The notes beneath the pieces were generated by a model that had not been told where the DNA came from, made no database searches, and was given only the letters and a program-made list of their open reading frames with translations. Positions 62,528 through 64,000 of a stretch of DNA of 64,000 nucleotides are shown piece by piece. The position numbers and the translations under genes were made by a program. How positions within the stretch are numbered: position 1 is the first letter of the stretch; each line of letters begins with the position of its first letter. The stretch covers positions 361,731 to 425,730 of the forward strand of contig NW_019217869.1 in the NCBI RefSeq assembly GCF_002571385.2, in the 5' to 3' direction. The DNA comes from Stylophora pistillata. Its lineage: Eukaryota.

Positions 62528-63901
62528 ATGGACTTAGCAAGTGACATTCAAACCGACGATTGGCAATCGACTAGGGAAACCGTGCGGGAGCGGAACAAAT
62601 ACATGTTCTTAAATCCTATGATCAGCGATGTGAGCTTTGTTGTTGAAGATTCCACCAAAGATAACGGCGCAAAAGTTGCTCTACCAGCACATAAATACGT
62701 GCTAGCGATCAGTAGCCCTGTCTTCTTTGCGATGTTTCATGGTGGCATAGCAGAACAAGGAAACAAAATCGAACTTCCCGATTGTAACTCTGAGTGCTTG
62801 ACCGAGTTTCTTCGATTCATCTATTACGACGAACTTCACCTCACGGCCAACTCCGTTCTCGGTGTTATGTATTTAGCAAAGAAATACTTAGTGTTGTCGT
62901 TAATGCGGCAATGTGGCCGTTTTCTCGAAGAAAGGATCGATCCGAACAATGTTTTCGAGACGCTGACCCAGGCACGACAGTTTAGAGAAGAAGAATTAGA
63001 GAAGAGATGTTGGTTCATTGTTGATCTCAACACTAAACGGTGTCTGGAATCACCCAGTTTTCTGGAACTTGATGAAGCAGTCATCAAGTCTTTACTACGT
63101 AGGGAAACTTTGAAGATCGAGGAGTCGGAGTTATTTGATTATACCGTACGCTGGGCGAAAAAGCAGTGTGAGCTCAAGGGGTTGGATACTTCTGGGGCAA
63201 ATATAAGGAAAGTACTTGGCGAAACTTTGTACTTTCTTCGTTTTCCAGTCATGTCACAAAAAAAATTTGCAGAAGAAGTTGTTCCTCAAGATGTTTTAAG
63301 TGACCGAGAGGCTCTCAATATATTTTTGCATTTCAGCACCACAAATTCAAAGCCAGATGTACTTTTACCTTGTGTCCCACGCAGTGGAAGACCTATGCGA
63401 CGATGTGCCCAATATACAGAAGCACCTTCACCACACCACTGGCACAGACCACCAAGTAATGGTACAGGACGACGTGAAGAAACAGTTTTATTCACTGTAA
63501 GTTCAGAGTCCCCAGTGTACATTGCTGGTGGGCGTGTCTTCACCCGCACTTTTGGTTTATCAGATGTGGAAAGTCGCAGAGACAAAGTGCAACTGTGGAT
63601 AAGGGAAGACAATTCTCAACAAAAGGCTCTTGGATTTACGGAAGGAGAATTTCTGGCAGATAACAATGGAGTTCACAATGGTGATGGCATTGACGTCAAA
63701 TTCAAAACTGCTGTACTTGTCAAGAGTGGGGTAAGATACTCCTTACAATGCGTGATCTTTTTCAGTCAAAGTGTAACATCTAACAAGCACTCCCCTCAAA
63801 AGGAAGTTGTAGTTGAACAGACCAGGTTTAAATTTCAAAATTCATATCATGGATCACACCTCACTGAGGTCTTGTTCTACACTCCTTGGATTATGCAATA
63901 G
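62528..63901 (+). CDS. Intronless BTB-BACK protein of the BTBD1/2/3/6 family with a divergent PHR-like C-terminus, 457 aa
   Basis: DWQSTRETVRERNKYMF..SDVSFVV, AHKYVLAISSPVFFAMFHG, YLAKKYLV, BACK motifs ESELF..VRWA and LRFPVMS. Confidence 0.93.
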   Translation: MDLASDIQTDDWQSTRETVRERNKYMFLNPMISDVSFVVEDSTKDNGAKVALPAHKYVLAISSPVFFAMFHGGIAEQGNKIELPDCNSECLTEFLRFIYYDELHLTANSVLGVMYLAKKYLVLSLMRQCGRFLEERIDPNNVFETLTQARQFREEELEKRCWFIVDLNTKRCLESPSFLELDEAVIKSLLRRETLKIEESELFDYTVRWAKKQCELKGLDTSGANIRKVLGETLYFLRFPVMSQKKFAEEVVPQDVLSDREALNIFLHFSTTNSKPDVLLPCVPRSGRPMRRCAQYTEAPSPHHWHRPPSNGTGRREETVLFTVSSESPVYIAGGRVFTRTFGLSDVESRRDKVQLWIREDNSQQKALGFTEGEFLADNNGVHNGDGIDVKFKTAVLVKSGVRYSLQCVIFFSQSVTSNKHSPQKEVVVEQTRFKFQNSYHGSHLTEVLFYTPWIMQ

Positions 63902-64000
63902 CTGAAAATACCAAAAATTGAACAAGCACAGCACTCAATTTATTTAATATCACAGGAGTAATTTCAGACCAAATAGCACAAAAAGAAGTTAAATTATCAC

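Overview
Eukaryotic, intron-rich, AT-rich animal genomic DNA from a draft assembly (N gaps at 43069-43212, 46027-46776, 50577-50590). Gene and repeat content suggests a stony coral or other anthozoan; this is inference, not a search result. Genes reconstructed by hand from phase-consistent GT-AG junctions, left to right: the terminal exon of an unidentified gene; two divergently oriented paralogous class A GPCRs; a FERM protein with two RINGs (MYLIP/IDOL/Dnr1-like); a short orphan ORF; a UCP2/3-like mitochondrial carrier; a frameshifted candidate DZIP3-type HEPN + coiled-coil + TPR-like gene; a 10-exon transaldolase head-to-head with a 7-exon ankyrin-repeat gene; and an intronless BTB-BACK gene. 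Mobile DNA includes a rearranged Gypsy element whose two LTRs face each other, three LINE fragments, a tRNA-derived 1.4-mer element with an 11-bp TSD, a Penelope-type hairpin with a degenerate hammerhead core and 14-bp TSD, several MITE families, and a 1.1-kb foldback inside the MYLIP intron. The best candidate for an undescribed system is the HEPN-TPR gene with no visible NTPase domain, a possible stand-alone RNase immune effector. The intronic foldback and the hammerhead hairpin come next. No CRISPR array, rRNA or prokaryotic operon was seen.
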